Positions 25,665-25,916 of a stretch of DNA of 25,916 nt are shown one piece after another. This DNA is from Pseudomonadota bacterium (GTDB taxonomy: Bacteria; Bdellovibrionota_B; Oligoflexia; Oligoflexales; CAIMVM01). The notes under the pieces were generated by a model. It made no database searches, was not told where the DNA came from, and saw only the letters and a list, made by a program, of their open reading frames with translations. The stretch spans positions 1 through 25,916 of the forward strand of contig JBAXBA010000051.1 in the NCBI GenBank assembly GCA_037142195.1, written 5' to 3'. Each line of letters starts with the position of its first letter. Within the stretch, counting starts at the first letter, position 1. Made by a program: the position numbers and the translations under genes.

Positions 25665-25692
25665 GAATCGGCACTAATTCACCAGTGCTTGA
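25665..25692 (-). promoter_or_regulatory. Putative sigma28 (FliA) promoter of the lipoprotein gene
   Basis: TCAAG-N15-GCCGATTC, ending 43 nt upstream of the ATG at 25622. Confidence 0.55.
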
Positions 25693-25916
25693 GTTTGATG
25701 GATTGAGATAGGACTTCTAAGGAGAGCAAATTAGGGATAGTTTTAGGTTTGTCGGCGTTTCCTAGCTGAGACATTTTAGAGACTTGAGGTTAAGAGCAAG
25801 ACCTAAGTTTTTATGGAAAATTCAAGGAATGAATGTCTAAGCAGATGTAATTTATATTCTTACAAAAGTTTCCACTCTTTTAATGCTAGTTTAGTCTGGG
25901 AGCCCCTGTTAAACCT

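Noticed and set aside
25749..25778. Second sigma28 promoter (GCCGACAA)
   Set aside because: The -35 candidate TAAAA is too far away (17 nt) and degenerate.

Overview
A 25.9-kb bacterial window. The MCP style and the sigma28-like promoters suggest Bdellovibrionota/Oligoflexia, but this is inference only. Left ~8.6 kb: an accessory-type cluster of poorly characterised genes. It holds a pRiA4b ORF-3-like protein, two conserved hypotheticals, a large 2OG-Fe(II) oxygenase, a DUF1186/SEC-C/TPR-like protein, and two full-length diverged paralogues of an unnamed ~265-aa protein that flank the oxygenase in inverted orientation. Middle: an OsmC-family gene, an sbtA-sbtB-like bicarbonate transporter/PII pair, and a compact translationally coupled chemosensory operon (MCP, CheA without an evident P2, CheW, and a CheR-REC-CheB triple fusion; no CheY). 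Right: an orphan rfbD, an SDR, two secreted hypotheticals, a divergent cytochrome b / PepSY pair, a cyclic-nucleotide-gated K+ channel with an Arg-free S4, and a lipoprotein with a papain/NlpC-P60-like Cys-His domain. Non-coding signals: three sigma28-like promoters (che operon, channel, lipoprotein), a GC-rich ~185-nt multi-hairpin RNA candidate (24615-24797), two further hairpin-rich intergenic regions and several short tandem duplications. No CRISPR array, rRNA, tRNA or transposase was seen. Family calls come from motif recognition by eye; no database searches were run.
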